Positions 10,105 to 20,523 of a stretch of DNA of 64,000 nucleotides are shown one piece after another. This stretch comes from an uncultured Arcanobacterium sp. (GTDB lineage Bacteria; Actinomycetota; Actinomycetes; Actinomycetales; Actinomycetaceae). The notes under the pieces are model-generated. The model worked only from the letters and a program-made list of their open reading frames with translations. It made no database searches and was not told where the DNA came from. The stretch is taken from NCBI GenBank assembly GCA_945874735.1, contig CAMCHI010000004.1, forward strand, positions 508 to 64,507. Reading direction: 5' to 3'. A program made the translations under genes and the position numbers. Numbering within the stretch: the first letter of the stretch is position 1; the number at the start of each line of letters is the position of its first letter.

Positions 10105-11639
10105 CTTTCGAGCCAGAACATGAATTGGAAAACGAGCTGGAGTATGAATTAGACACCGCTCAAGAAGCTGATTTAGAAGCAGAAGCTTTACAAGTGCTAC
10201 TGAAATCAGGACTAATAGGGCCGGATTCTTCAATTATTGAAGATGTACGCGCTAGTGCCGATCCAGTACAAAACGTGCGGGATTACTCTTTAGAATCACA
10301 AGTTGAGGAAATCGGGGCACAGATTTTAGCTCGTGCTTCGGAGCATAAAATTCAACCCAGCCTAGAGAGAGTAGTCGCTTGTTTAGAGTTGTTGGGGCGT
10401 CCGCAAGATACTTTCCGTGCGATTCACATTACTGGTACGAACGGTAAAACTTCCACTTCTCGTATGATTGAAGCCTTACTGCGCGAACATGGTCTACGCA
10501 CGGGACGTTTCACCTCTCCACACCTAAACTCGGTACGGGAACGTATCACCATTAATGGGAAAGCCATTTCTCCGGCAGCTTTTATAGAAACTTGGGAAGA
10601 TGTAGCTCCAGTAATTGAGCTGGTAGATGCGCGCTCGCAGGCAGCTGGAGGGCCGCGAATGTCTTTCTTTGAGGTGTTTACCGTAATGGCTCTTTCGGCA
10701 TTCTCCATGGCTCCTATTGATGTGGCAGTAATTGAAGTGGGAATTGGTGGTACTTGGGACGCTACTAACGTGCTGGAAGCTGATGTAGCAGTGTTAATGC
10801 CGGTAGCTTTAGATCATGAAAAGTGGTTGGGAAGTAGTGTGGCTGCTATTGCTACGGAAAAGCTCGGTATTTTATATCCGGGTAAGACCTTAGTATCGGC
10901 TGCTCAAGAGCCGGAAGTTATGGAAGTAATTGCCCAAAAAGCACAAGAATGCGCTGCTAATGTGTATGTGGCTAAAAGAGATTTTCAGTTGTTAGGGCGA
11001 GAGCAAGCAGTAGGTGGACAGCTACTTACTGTGCAAACTCCGTCTGCGGTATATGAAGATGTGCCTTTAGCTATGTACGGTAAATATCAAGGTGAAAATG
11101 CTTCGGTAGCTCTTACTGCGGTAGAAACATTCTTTGGAGGGGGAGCACTAGCTGGTGAGGTGGTAGAACACGCTTTGATGTCTACTTCCTCGCCTGGTCG
11201 TTTAGAAGTGGTAAAGGCTTCTCCAGTGGTGATTGTGGACGCTGCTCATAATCCGGCTGGTGCTAAGGTGACGGTGGAAGCCTTGGAAGAAAATTTCCCC
11301 GGACCGCGCGTGGCAGTATTTTCCGCGATGGCAGATAAAGATGTGGAAACCGTGTTGGTGGAATTAGAACCTGCTTTTCATGCGGTAGTAGTTACGCAAA
11401 TGCCTGGAGAGCGAGCTATGGATATTGACGATTTAGCAGAAATAGCAGGTGATATTTTTGGGCAGGATCGTTTATATATCGAACCAGATTTAGGTAATGC
11501 TATAGCTACTGCAGCTGATTTAGCTGAAACTGCTGATCCAGAGGCAATTGCGCCGGCATCGGTAGTGGTATTAGGATCCATCATGTTGGCGGCAGCAGCG
11601 CGAGAATTGCTCGGGGCACGCCGTCCGGACGGAGCTTAA
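10101..11639 (+). CDS. folC: Bifunctional folylpolyglutamate synthase/dihydrofolate synthase
   Basis: HITGTNGKTS, FTSPHL, EVGIGG, DAAHNPAG; ATGA overlap with the ileS stop. Confidence 0.95.
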   Translation: MTFEPEHELENELEYELDTAQEADLEAEALQVLLKSGLIGPDSSIIEDVRASADPVQNVRDYSLESQVEEIGAQILARASEHKIQPSLERVVACLELLGRPQDTFRAIHITGTNGKTSTSRMIEALLREHGLRTGRFTSPHLNSVRERITINGKAISPAAFIETWEDVAPVIELVDARSQAAGGPRMSFFEVFTVMALSAFSMAPIDVAVIEVGIGGTWDATNVLEADVAVLMPVALDHEKWLGSSVAAIATEKLGILYPGKTLVSAAQEPEVMEVIAQKAQECAANVYVAKRDFQLLGREQAVGGQLLTVQTPSAVYEDVPLAMYGKYQGENASVALTAVETFFGGGALAGEVVEHALMSTSSPGRLEVVKASPVVIVDAAHNPAGAKVTVEALEENFPGPRVAVFSAMADKDVETVLVELEPAFHAVVVTQMPGERAMDIDDLAEIAGDIFGQDRLYIEPDLGNAIATAADLAETADPEAIAPASVVVLGSIMLAAAARELLGARRPDGA

Positions 11640-11644
11640 CTTAG

Positions 11645-11694
11645 AAAAAATAAAGGTAGTTGGTAAAATTGCGCCAACTACCTTTATTTTTTTT
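11645..11694. terminator. Bidirectional intrinsic terminator between folC and ndh
   Basis: AAAAAATAAAGGTAGTTGG...CCAACTACCTTTATTTTTT with A and T tracts on both sides. Confidence 0.85.
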
Positions 11695-11818
11695 GTGCTA
11701 TTACAGTAAGTTGCTTTGGTACTATTACAGCAAGTTGCTGAGAATTTTTCAGCTTTCCCTTTTCTTTTCTGTAATATGTTGGTTTCAGAAAAGCAACTGG
11801 AGTAAAGAAGTTAATCGT

Positions 11819-13192
11819 TTAGTTAGCTGAATCGGTTTGGTGATCTGGAGTAATTTTTTCTCCTGATACCAGTTTTCCAGAAGAGCCTTCTCCTAATTCT
11901 TCTAATGCTAAGCGTCCTACCAGTTGTTGATTGGTGGTAGTGCGCTGAGAACGCGCATTGGTAATAAAAGAAACTACCCAATGAAATAGGGTGCCGATTT
12001 GGGATTTGAAACCTACGATATAAAGCAAATGTAGGAAACACCAAGCTACCCAAGCGCTAAATCCGCGCAAATGTAGTTTGTTGATTTTTACTACGGCTTT
12101 GCAACGGGAGATAGTGGCCATAGATCCTTTGTCTTTATATTGGAATATTTTAGTTTTGGGTTGGCGATTTTCTAGGCGTGCCAAAATTAATTGCGCGACA
12201 AAGCGAGCTGATTGAATCGCACCTTGGGCTACTCCAGGTACGTTTGGCACTGCCATCATATCGCCTAATACGAAAATTTCTGGATAACCTGGAATGCTTA
12301 AATCGGGGGATACTGCTACTCTTCCAGCGCGATCTAAGGTTACGCCGGTCTTTTCAGCTAGTACTGCTCCTAAGGGGGAAGCCTGTACTCCTGCCGCCCA
12401 TACTTTACACACACTAGGAATTACTTCTTCTATGCCGTCTTTGTTGCGCAAAGTTACCGTCTGTGCATCTACATTGGTAACTATGCAGTTCATACGCTGT
12501 TCCACCCCGATTTTTGCCAATTCTTTAGCAGTTACTGCTGATAATTTATCGCCAAATACGGGTAGAGGGCCCGGAGCTCCGTCTACGAGGATTACTCGTG
12601 CTTTAGCAGGGTCGATATTTCTGAATTCTCCTCGTAAGGTGTGAGAGGCTAGTTCGCGAATTTGTCCTGCCATTTCTACGCCGGTTGGTCCAGCTCCGAC
12701 TACCACGAAAGTAAGTAGTTTTTCGATTTGTTGTGGGTCGGTTTCTAGTTCTGCTAACTCGAAAGCACCAAAGATGCGGGCGCGTAGTTCAAGGGCGTCA
12801 TCAATGGTTTTCATTCCAGGGGCAAATACGGAAAAATGATCGTTGCCAAAATAGGATTGTCCAGCACCTGCAGCCACGATTAAGGTGTCGTAAGCGGTGG
12901 TTTCTTGCCGATTGTGATTACGCCAGTGCACTACTTTAGCTATTGGATCGATGTCTTCCACGAGCGCTAATTTTACGGTGACGTTTTTCTGTTTGCGGAG
13001 AATTTCGCGGGTGGTGGGGGCGATTTCTCCTTCAGAAAGAATACCGGTAGCTACTTGATAGAGTAGAGGTTGGAATAAATGATGGCTGGTACGGGCCAGG
13101 ATGGTGATGTCGGCGTTAGCTTTTTTGAGTTTGCGAGCTGCCATTAGTCCGGCAAAGCCCGAGCCAATAATTACGATTTGATGACGGGTCAT
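11819..13192 (-). CDS. ndh: Type II NADH:quinone oxidoreductase
   Basis: IIGSGFAG and VVGAGPTGVE dinucleotide folds; YKDKGSMATI. Confidence 0.93.
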   Translation of the reverse strand: MTRHQIVIIGSGFAGLMAARKLKKANADITILARTSHHLFQPLLYQVATGILSEGEIAPTTREILRKQKNVTVKLALVEDIDPIAKVVHWRNHNRQETTAYDTLIVAAGAGQSYFGNDHFSVFAPGMKTIDDALELRARIFGAFELAELETDPQQIEKLLTFVVVGAGPTGVEMAGQIRELASHTLRGEFRNIDPAKARVILVDGAPGPLPVFGDKLSAVTAKELAKIGVEQRMNCIVTNVDAQTVTLRNKDGIEEVIPSVCKVWAAGVQASPLGAVLAEKTGVTLDRAGRVAVSPDLSIPGYPEIFVLGDMMAVPNVPGVAQGAIQSARFVAQLILARLENRQPKTKIFQYKDKGSMATISRCKAVVKINKLHLRGFSAWVAWCFLHLLYIVGFKSQIGTLFHWVVSFITNARSQRTTTNQQLVGRLALEELGEGSSGKLVSGEKITPDHQTDSAN

Positions 13193-13402
13193 AATCTATC
13201 TTCCTTATTTACGATACATTTATGTTACTAAAATTGGAAGCGAAGATAGCTTTCAAGTATTGCGTAAGATCTTATATGTAGTAGAAATAATATATTTCCT
13301 GAAAAATCGCTTAAAAATCTGCTTTACGGAATGAAAAATAGTGCACTTAATGTGTAGACTAAAGTCAGTTCTTCACCACTTAGAAAGGCTTATACTGAAA
13401 TC

Positions 13403-13813
13403 ATGAGCGAGAGAACTTTAATTCTAATCAAACCAGACGGTGTGCAGCGTGGCTACATCGGAGAAATTTTAGGGCGCTTTGAGAAGCGTGGATACCAAAT
13501 TGCAGAGCTGAAACTTTTACAAGCTACCGATGAATTATTAGCGCAACACTACGAAGCACATGTAGATAAGCCGTTTTATCCCGAAATGGCTGAATATATG
13601 AAATCTGGCCCGATAGTGGCAGCTATTATTACCGGCACGAAAGTGGTGGCAGGGGTACGCACTATGTGCGGTGCTACTGAGCCAACGGCAGCAGCTCCAG
13701 GCACTATTCGTGGAGATTTAGGGCGTTCTTGGGAAGATGGAATTTACAACCTAGTACATTCTTCTGATTCGCGTGAATCTGCAGAGCGCGAAATTGGGGT
13801 TTGGTTCTCCTAA
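13403..13813 (+). CDS. ndk: Nucleoside diphosphate kinase
   Basis: IKPDGVQRG, PGTIRGD, NLVHSSDS (catalytic His). Confidence 0.97.
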   Translation: MSERTLILIKPDGVQRGYIGEILGRFEKRGYQIAELKLLQATDELLAQHYEAHVDKPFYPEMAEYMKSGPIVAAIITGTKVVAGVRTMCGATEPTAAAPGTIRGDLGRSWEDGIYNLVHSSDSRESAEREIGVWFS

Positions 13814-13961
13814 AGTTAGCGTCAGCCTTAGCTTTCGCATAAAATCAAAATACTGCAACAGTTGTATGCTGGTACAAGAGGTGTGAAAACGTATCTTATA
13901 CCGGCATACAATTATGCGTATAGTCCATCGCCGGTAATGTGAAGTTAAGAGTGAAGCAAAA

Positions 13962-16900
13962 TTGTATCTAAAATCCTTAGTTCTACGTGGATTTAAGTCT
14001 TTTGCTACTACCACTACGCTTAAATTTGAGCCTGGTATTAACTGTGTAGTTGGCCCAAACGGCTCCGGAAAATCTAATGTAGTAGATGCGTTAGCGTGGG
14101 TGATGGGAGAGCAAGGTGCAAAAAATTTGCGCGGCGGGCAGATGGCAGATGTCATCTTTGCAGGTACAGCTAAGCGACCTGCTTTAGGGCGAGCAGAAGT
14201 TTCTCTCACTATCGACAACACATCTGGGATACTTCCCATTGAATACAATGAAGTCACCATTAGTCGCACCTTGTTTCGCTCCGGAGGGTCAGAATACGCC
14301 ATTAATGGCACTGCTTGTCGTTTACTAGATATTCAAGAACTACTTTCCGATACCGGCATGGGCAAAGAAATGCACGTGATTATCGGGCAGGGCAAACTGG
14401 ATGAAGTATTAACCGCTACTGCAGAAGAACGACGCAACTTTATTGAAGAAGCCGCTGGAGTGCTTAAACACCAACGGCGTAAAGAAAAAGCATTGCGCAA
14501 AATGGAATCAATGCAAGCCAATTTGGTTCGGATTGAAGATTTAGCGACAGAATTGCGCCGCCAGTTAGGGCCATTGGCTAAACAAGCCGCTACCGCGCGA
14601 CGAGCACAAACCATTCAGCGAGAAGTTTTTGATGCAAAAGCTAGATTATTAGCTGATGATTTAGCGCAAGCTCAGGCTCGACAGCAAGCACAACAAGTAG
14701 ATGATGATTCTTTTGTGGCTCAGCAACAAGAATTGGCAGAAAAATTGCTGCAAAAACGGGCACAAGTGGAGTCTTTACAGTTGGCTCTCACTCAATCCAA
14801 TCCGAAAATAGCAGAGCTTACCGAGTATTGGCAGCGGCTAAATTCATTAGTAGAACGTTTTCGAGGATTAATTCAGTTAGCACAGGAAAGACAGCGGTCG
14901 TTAGAACAAAGCGGGCCAAATATTTTACGTGGGGAGAGCCCAGAGCAAATTCGTAAACGAGCTGCCCAAGCATTAGCTGAAGAAAATGAACTACGGGAAT
15001 TAGTAGCGCAAACCCAAGAATTAGTAAATGAAATTACTGCCGCTAGGGAAACAGCAGAATTACAAGAACGAGAAATTGATGCGCAAATCGTGCAGTTAAA
15101 TCGTATGATTGCCGATAGACGGGAAACCGTCGCCCAATTTCATGGCCAATTAAATATGGCAAAATCTAAGGTGGAGGCTTTAGAGGCAGAAATTGAGCGG
15201 GTAAAGCAAGCTACGGAAAATGCTAAAGAGCGGGTAGTTAAAACTGCTTTCGAGGTTGCAGAGCTAGAAGAAGTGGCAGTAGCCAACACAGTCGGTGACG
15301 ATACACTATCTATTGCACATGAAGAAAGTGCTCGTCAGTTGCAGGCGGCTAAAGATTTAGTGACCGAGAAACAAAACAAAGCTAATGAAGCAGCTACGCA
15401 AGTAGTGCAGTGGCGGACTAAAGCAGAAACTTTAGCACTTTCCCTCACTCCAGAAGACGCAACAGCTTGGTTGGTGAATGAATATCAGCAAGGTGTATTA
15501 GGATTAGTGCAAGACCAGCTGAAAATTTTACCAGGCTGGGAAGCAGGAGTAGAAGCAGCTTTAGCAGGTATTGCTACGGGTGCAGTAATGGATAATATTG
15601 CTGATGCCGTCGATGCTTTGCGGGCAGCGCGGGAAGCTCAATCAGGGCATTTAGAAATTTTAGTGGCTAGTACAGCAGATGACGTGGAAGATAGTCACTT
15701 AGCGCAGCAAACAGAAGCAGTATATGCTAAGGCGCAATTAGCTTCTTCGGTAGCTATTTTGGCTAAAGATGCTGTGTTGGGAACTAACCGAACCTCACAA
15801 ATAATTAAAGCTCTTTTACAAGACACTATTTTAGTAGTGGATTTAGTGACTGCTAAACAGCTACTAGCTTTGGGGGCTCCGCGAGTGGCCACTTTAGCAG
15901 GAGATGTGCTCACTCCTTTGCGAGTATTGGGCGGTGAAGTACAGCAAAATGCGGTTCTGGCTCGTTTTGCTGCTTATGATGATGCACGTCTACAGGTAGA
16001 CATATCTCAAACAGCCAAAGTAGCAGTTGAGCAAGAATTAGCAGAAGCAGTAGCGGAAGCGCAACGTGCTGAAGCTGATTTTGCTCAGCTTACCACGCAG
16101 TTAAATGCGCGAGATTCGCAGTTAGCAGCAGTTAGTGCCCAATTGGGAGTATTAAGGCAGTCTTTGCAGGCCGCAGAAGAAGAAGTGGAACGTAACCAGA
16201 ACCGTTACACTAAATTGGAAGTGGAGCTGGAAGCAAGAAAAGCTGAGCTAGAAAAATTGCAGGCGCAAGAAGCAGAATTTGCCACGCCTACTACGGATTT
16301 CACCCAACGTTTGCAGGAATTACAAGATGCGAAAGAAGCACAACATCAAGAAACTGTGGCTAAAAGGGCGAAAGAAACAGAGTTAAAGCTGCAATTACGT
16401 ACCCGCGAGGAGCGTTTACGAGCAGTGAGCGGGAAAGCTGATTCCTTAGAAAATACAGCAAAAAGCGTGGAAGCGCGTATCGCGCAAGAAGAAAGAATGG
16501 CTATGCGCCGAGCATCTTTAGCGTTAGAATCTCAAAAAGTAGCTCAAAATGCGCAGAAAGCTTTGCAGTTTACGCAAGAAACTTTATATGAAGTGACGGC
16601 GGCGCGAGAAGTAGCAGAACGCGAACGAGTTACTTTAGACGGTGAATTAGCTCAGGTGCGCACAGCTTTAGATGCCTTAGTAGTAGAAGAACGTACTTTA
16701 GCAGACTTGCAACATCGGCGAGAGATGGCTTTAGCCCAGTTACAGGCTAAATATGAGCAGTTGGTGGCAAAAGCTATTGATGAATTAGGTCTAGAACCAG
16801 ATGTTTTAATAGAAGAATATGGGCCCCATCAGCCGGTGGTAGTGGAAGATGATGAGCCAATTCCGTTTGTGCGACAAGAGCAAGAGAAGCGTTTAGCGCG

Positions 16901-17531
16901 GGCAGAACGCGATTTGGTGCGTTTAGGCAAGGTTAATCCTTTAGCTTTAGAAGAACATCAAGCTTTAGAGGAACGGCAAAAGTATTTAACTGAGCAATTG
17001 CATGATTTGCGTAAGTCACGTGAGGACTTGTGGAAAATTGTGCGCGATATTGATCAGCGAGTTAAAGAAGTTATGCACGCTGCTTTTGCAGATGTGGCGA
17101 AAGAGTTTACTGCGACCTTTGCCCGTCTTTTCCCTGGGGGTGAAGGTAAGCTAGTACTTACCGATCCGGACGATATTTTACATACGGGAATTGAGATAGA
17201 GGCTCGTCCTCCTGGAAAGCGAGTGAAGCGGTTATCCCTCCTTTCAGGTGGAGAGCGTTCTTTGACGGCAGTAGCGTTTTTGGTGGCGATTTTTAAGGCT
17301 CGTCCTTCTCCGTTTTATGTGATGGACGAAGTAGAAGCTGCTCTTGATGATGTGAATTTATCGCGCTTGATTGATATTTTTAAGGAACTGCAAGATAACT
17401 CGCAGTTGCTGGTGATTACGCATCAAAAACGTACTATGGAAATTGCTGATACTCTCTATGGAGTTGCTATGAAAGAACAAGGAGTAACTTCGGTTATTTC
17501 GCAGCGGCTGAAAGAGTTGGAAATCGGGTAG
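13962..17531 (+). CDS. smc: Chromosome segregation protein SMC
   Basis: Walker A GPNGSGKS, long coiled coils, hinge, LSGGE signature, MDEVEAALD; TTG start. Confidence 0.96.
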   Translation: MYLKSLVLRGFKSFATTTTLKFEPGINCVVGPNGSGKSNVVDALAWVMGEQGAKNLRGGQMADVIFAGTAKRPALGRAEVSLTIDNTSGILPIEYNEVTISRTLFRSGGSEYAINGTACRLLDIQELLSDTGMGKEMHVIIGQGKLDEVLTATAEERRNFIEEAAGVLKHQRRKEKALRKMESMQANLVRIEDLATELRRQLGPLAKQAATARRAQTIQREVFDAKARLLADDLAQAQARQQAQQVDDDSFVAQQQELAEKLLQKRAQVESLQLALTQSNPKIAELTEYWQRLNSLVERFRGLIQLAQERQRSLEQSGPNILRGESPEQIRKRAAQALAEENELRELVAQTQELVNEITAARETAELQEREIDAQIVQLNRMIADRRETVAQFHGQLNMAKSKVEALEAEIERVKQATENAKERVVKTAFEVAELEEVAVANTVGDDTLSIAHEESARQLQAAKDLVTEKQNKANEAATQVVQWRTKAETLALSLTPEDATAWLVNEYQQGVLGLVQDQLKILPGWEAGVEAALAGIATGAVMDNIADAVDALRAAREAQSGHLEILVASTADDVEDSHLAQQTEAVYAKAQLASSVAILAKDAVLGTNRTSQIIKALLQDTILVVDLVTAKQLLALGAPRVATLAGDVLTPLRVLGGEVQQNAVLARFAAYDDARLQVDISQTAKVAVEQELAEAVAEAQRAEADFAQLTTQLNARDSQLAAVSAQLGVLRQSLQAAEEEVERNQNRYTKLEVELEARKAELEKLQAQEAEFATPTTDFTQRLQELQDAKEAQHQETVAKRAKETELKLQLRTREERLRAVSGKADSLENTAKSVEARIAQEERMAMRRASLALESQKVAQNAQKALQFTQETLYEVTAAREVAERERVTLDGELAQVRTALDALVVEERTLADLQHRREMALAQLQAKYEQLVAKAIDELGLEPDVLIEEYGPHQPVVVEDDEPIPFVRQEQEKRLARAERDLVRLGKVNPLALEEHQALEERQKYLTEQLHDLRKSREDLWKIVRDIDQRVKEVMHAAFADVAKEFTATFARLFPGGEGKLVLTDPDDILHTGIEIEARPPGKRVKRLSLLSGGERSLTAVAFLVAIFKARPSPFYVMDEVEAALDDVNLSRLIDIFKELQDNSQLLVITHQKRTMEIADTLYGVAMKEQGVTSVISQRLKELEIG

Positions 17532-17590
17532 TTTTCCACTTTTCCTGCCCGATATTGGCAATATCTAGTTAGCTTTGGGAAAATAGAGGT

Positions 17591-18856
17591 GTGATGAATT
17601 TTAATGCTGTTAATGTGATTTTGTTGGTAGTAGGCGCTTTAGCGGTGCTAGGCTTAAGCGTATTGCTGTTACAAAAATATCGGCGTAATACTAAAGATAT
17701 TGCCCGTCTGCCTTGGGAATCTCCAGAGCAAATTACCGAAACTGAAATTGCTACTGGGCAGGCGGTGGAAGATATTCCTCCAATTCCAGATGATGCCACA
17801 GCACTGGTAGCAGAATTTGGAGATTTAACTACCGCTGATAGTGGTACAGCAGCAGATACATTAACAGCGTCTTTGCTGGAGTTGGAACGGCCTGAGTCGG
17901 TGCCTTCTCGTATGCAAAGATTGCGGGCGCGGTTGTCCCGTTCGGGTGCTTTAGGTAATGCGCTGCTTAGTATTCTTTCTCGCGCTCAGCTTTCTGCCCA
18001 AGATTGGGAAGAATTAGAAGAAACTTTACTTTTAGCAGATTTAGGTTTAGGGCCTACTACTGAGCTGTTGGAGAATTTACAGCGCGAGCTGAAGGTGCAG
18101 GGTAGCACAGAGCCAGCTAAGGTGCGTGAGGTTTTACGTGAGCAATTGTTGCGGCTAGTAGAAATGCCAGTTTCGCGAGAATTGCAGTTAGAAGTGGTTG
18201 CGCAAGATACGGTAGAGGGCGATTTAGTAGAGAGCCAAGAAATAAAACTACCTGCCACAATTTTAATGGTGGGAGTAAACGGGACTGGAAAAACTACCAC
18301 TACCGGTAAGTTGGCGCGTTTGTTGGTGGCAAGCGATAAGAAAGTAGTACTGGGTGCTGCTGATACTTTCCGTGCTGCGGCTGCTGATCAGTTAGAAACT
18401 TGGGGTGCTCGTGTGGGGGTGGAAGTGGTACGCGCTGAGAAAGAAGGAGCAGATCCGGCATCGGTAGCTTTTGAGGCGGTTAAGCATGGTAAAGAAGCAG
18501 GTGCCGATGTGGTTATTGTGGATACGGCTGGGCGTTTACAAAATAAAGCTGGCTTAATGGACGAATTAGGTAAAATTAAGCGCGTTATGGAAAAGCAAGC
18601 TCCCGTATCAGAAGTATTGCTGGTGCTAGATGCTACTACTGGACAAAACGGTTTACGGCAAGCACAAGTTTTTGCGCAAGTAGCAGGAGTTACCGGTATA
18701 GTGTTATCTAAGCTAGACGGTAGCGCTAAAGGCGGTATCGTGATTGCGGTGCAACGGGAGCTAGGTGTACCAGTTAAGTTTGTGGGACTAGGTGAAGGGG
18801 CTGATGACCTAACGCCTTTTGATCCGGTTAATTTTGTAGACTCATTATTGGCTTAA
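17591..18856 (+). CDS. ftsY: Signal recognition particle receptor FtsY
   Basis: N-terminal TM segment; GVNGTGKTT, DTFRAAA, DTAGR, KLDGSAKGG. Confidence 0.96.
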   Translation: MMNFNAVNVILLVVGALAVLGLSVLLLQKYRRNTKDIARLPWESPEQITETEIATGQAVEDIPPIPDDATALVAEFGDLTTADSGTAADTLTASLLELERPESVPSRMQRLRARLSRSGALGNALLSILSRAQLSAQDWEELEETLLLADLGLGPTTELLENLQRELKVQGSTEPAKVREVLREQLLRLVEMPVSRELQLEVVAQDTVEGDLVESQEIKLPATILMVGVNGTGKTTTTGKLARLLVASDKKVVLGAADTFRAAAADQLETWGARVGVEVVRAEKEGADPASVAFEAVKHGKEAGADVVIVDTAGRLQNKAGLMDELGKIKRVMEKQAPVSEVLLVLDATTGQNGLRQAQVFAQVAGVTGIVLSKLDGSAKGGIVIAVQRELGVPVKFVGLGEGADDLTPFDPVNFVDSLLA

Positions 18857-18880
18857 ATAGATATTGATTGAAAGAAAAAT

Positions 18881-20440
18881 ATGTTTAACTCTTTATCCGA
18901 TCGTATTACTGGTTCTTTACGTAACTTGCGTAAGCAAGGACGGCTTAGTGAAACAGATGTAGAAGTAGTAGTATCTGATATTCGTCGGGCGCTGCTAGAT
19001 GCTGATGTGGCTTTACCAGTAGTGCGTAGTTTCACTGCTGCTGTGCGGGAAAAAGCAGTAGGAGCATTAGTTTCTCAAGCCTTAAATCCGGCTCAGCAAG
19101 TAGTAAAAATTGTAAATGAGGAGTTAATCGAAATCCTGGGTGGAGAAACTCGGGAGTTGCATTGGGCTACAGGTGAACCAACCGTAATTATGTTGGCAGG
19201 TTTACAAGGTGCGGGTAAGACCACCTTGGCAGGTAAGCTTGGCAAATGGTTGCGTGAACAAGGTAAGCGTCCGTTATTGGTAGCATCTGATTTACAACGT
19301 CCTAATGCGGTAAATCAGTTACAGGTAGTAGCTCAGCAGGCTGGCGTACAAGTATGGGCACCTCAGCCGGGAAATGGTATTGGTGATCCAGTACAAGTAG
19401 CGCGTTCTGGTGTGGAATTTGCGCGTGAAAATAACTTAAATGTGGTCGTGGTCGATACGGCGGGACGTTTAGGTATTGACGCAGAGATGATGCAGCAAGC
19501 GCGAGATATTCGTGATGCTGTTAATCCACACGAAATTTTATTCGTGCTAGATGCGATGGTGGGTCAAGACGCGGTAAATACTTCGGTGGCTTTCCGAGAT
19601 GGCGTGGGATTTACCGGTATTGTGCTTTCTAAGCTAGATGGTGATGCGCGTGGTGGCGCAGCATTATCAGTGCGTGGTGTAACGGGTGCGCCCGTACTTT
19701 TTGCCTCCACCGGTGAAAAGCTAGATGCTTTTGAGAGATTCCATGCTGATCGTATGGCGTCCCGTATCCTAGATATGGGCGATATGCTCACCTTAATTGA
19801 GCAAGCAGAAAAAACTTGGTCGGAGCAAGAAGCACAAGATTTAGCCTCGAAATTAGTGGAAGGCTCTTTTACGCTTGACGATTTTGTGGCTCAACTCGAC
19901 CAAATGCGCAAGATGGGCTCCATGAAGAAAATCATGGGGATGTTGCCCGGAATGGGGCAGTATCGGGAAGCTTTAGAGCAGTTCGATGAGCGGGAAATTG
20001 ACCGGCAGGTAGCTATTATCCGTTCCATGACCAAAGCAGAACGTAATGATCCGAAAATCTTAAACGGTTCACGTCGTCAGCGAATTGCGAAAGGTTCTGG
20101 CACGACAGTAGCAGAAGTTAATGCTTTAATGGATCGTTTTGCTGCTGCTAAGAAGATGATGCAGAGAATGTCCCGCGGTGGGGGAATGCCAGGAATGCCA
20201 GGTATTCCAGGCTTACCGGGTGTAGGAGGATCTTTCACCAAGAAGCAGAAAAAGAAGCCTAATAAGGCTAAATCTGGTTCTAAGAAAGGACGTTCTGGTA
20301 ATCCAGCTAAGCGCCGTCAGCAAGAATTAGCTGCACAAGGTGAAGCAGGAACTCCGGTGGCTGGTAATGCTTTTGGAGTAAATATGCCAGCTGAGCCTAG
20401 CGAAGTAGATATGGAAGCTTTGCAGAAGTTTTTGCGCTAA
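18881..20440 (+). CDS. ffh: Signal recognition particle protein Ffh
   Basis: GLQGAGKTT, DTAGR, SKLDGDARGG, Met-rich M domain. Confidence 0.97.
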   Translation: MFNSLSDRITGSLRNLRKQGRLSETDVEVVVSDIRRALLDADVALPVVRSFTAAVREKAVGALVSQALNPAQQVVKIVNEELIEILGGETRELHWATGEPTVIMLAGLQGAGKTTLAGKLGKWLREQGKRPLLVASDLQRPNAVNQLQVVAQQAGVQVWAPQPGNGIGDPVQVARSGVEFARENNLNVVVVDTAGRLGIDAEMMQQARDIRDAVNPHEILFVLDAMVGQDAVNTSVAFRDGVGFTGIVLSKLDGDARGGAALSVRGVTGAPVLFASTGEKLDAFERFHADRMASRILDMGDMLTLIEQAEKTWSEQEAQDLASKLVEGSFTLDDFVAQLDQMRKMGSMKKIMGMLPGMGQYREALEQFDEREIDRQVAIIRSMTKAERNDPKILNGSRRQRIAKGSGTTVAEVNALMDRFAAAKKMMQRMSRGGGMPGMPGIPGLPGVGGSFTKKQKKKPNKAKSGSKKGRSGNPAKRRQQELAAQGEAGTPVAGNAFGVNMPAEPSEVDMEALQKFLR

Positions 20441-20523
20441 AAAGACAGGTAAGGTCTAGCAGATAGAAGTGGTAGCAAGCTATTGCTTTGGAGTTGCGGT
20501 ATAAGTTGATGTAAAGGGAGATT

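Noticed and set aside
13204-13231. dif-like right arm TTATGTTACTA upstream of ndh
   Set aside because: The left XerC arm lacks the required ...ATAA, so this is not a credible dif site.
13751-14311. 186-aa minus-strand ORF; likewise 35567-36097, 5795-6253, 62873-63325 and other short ORF-track entries overlapping recognised genes
   Set aside because: They overlap well-conserved genes on the other strand or frame and show no recognisable motifs.
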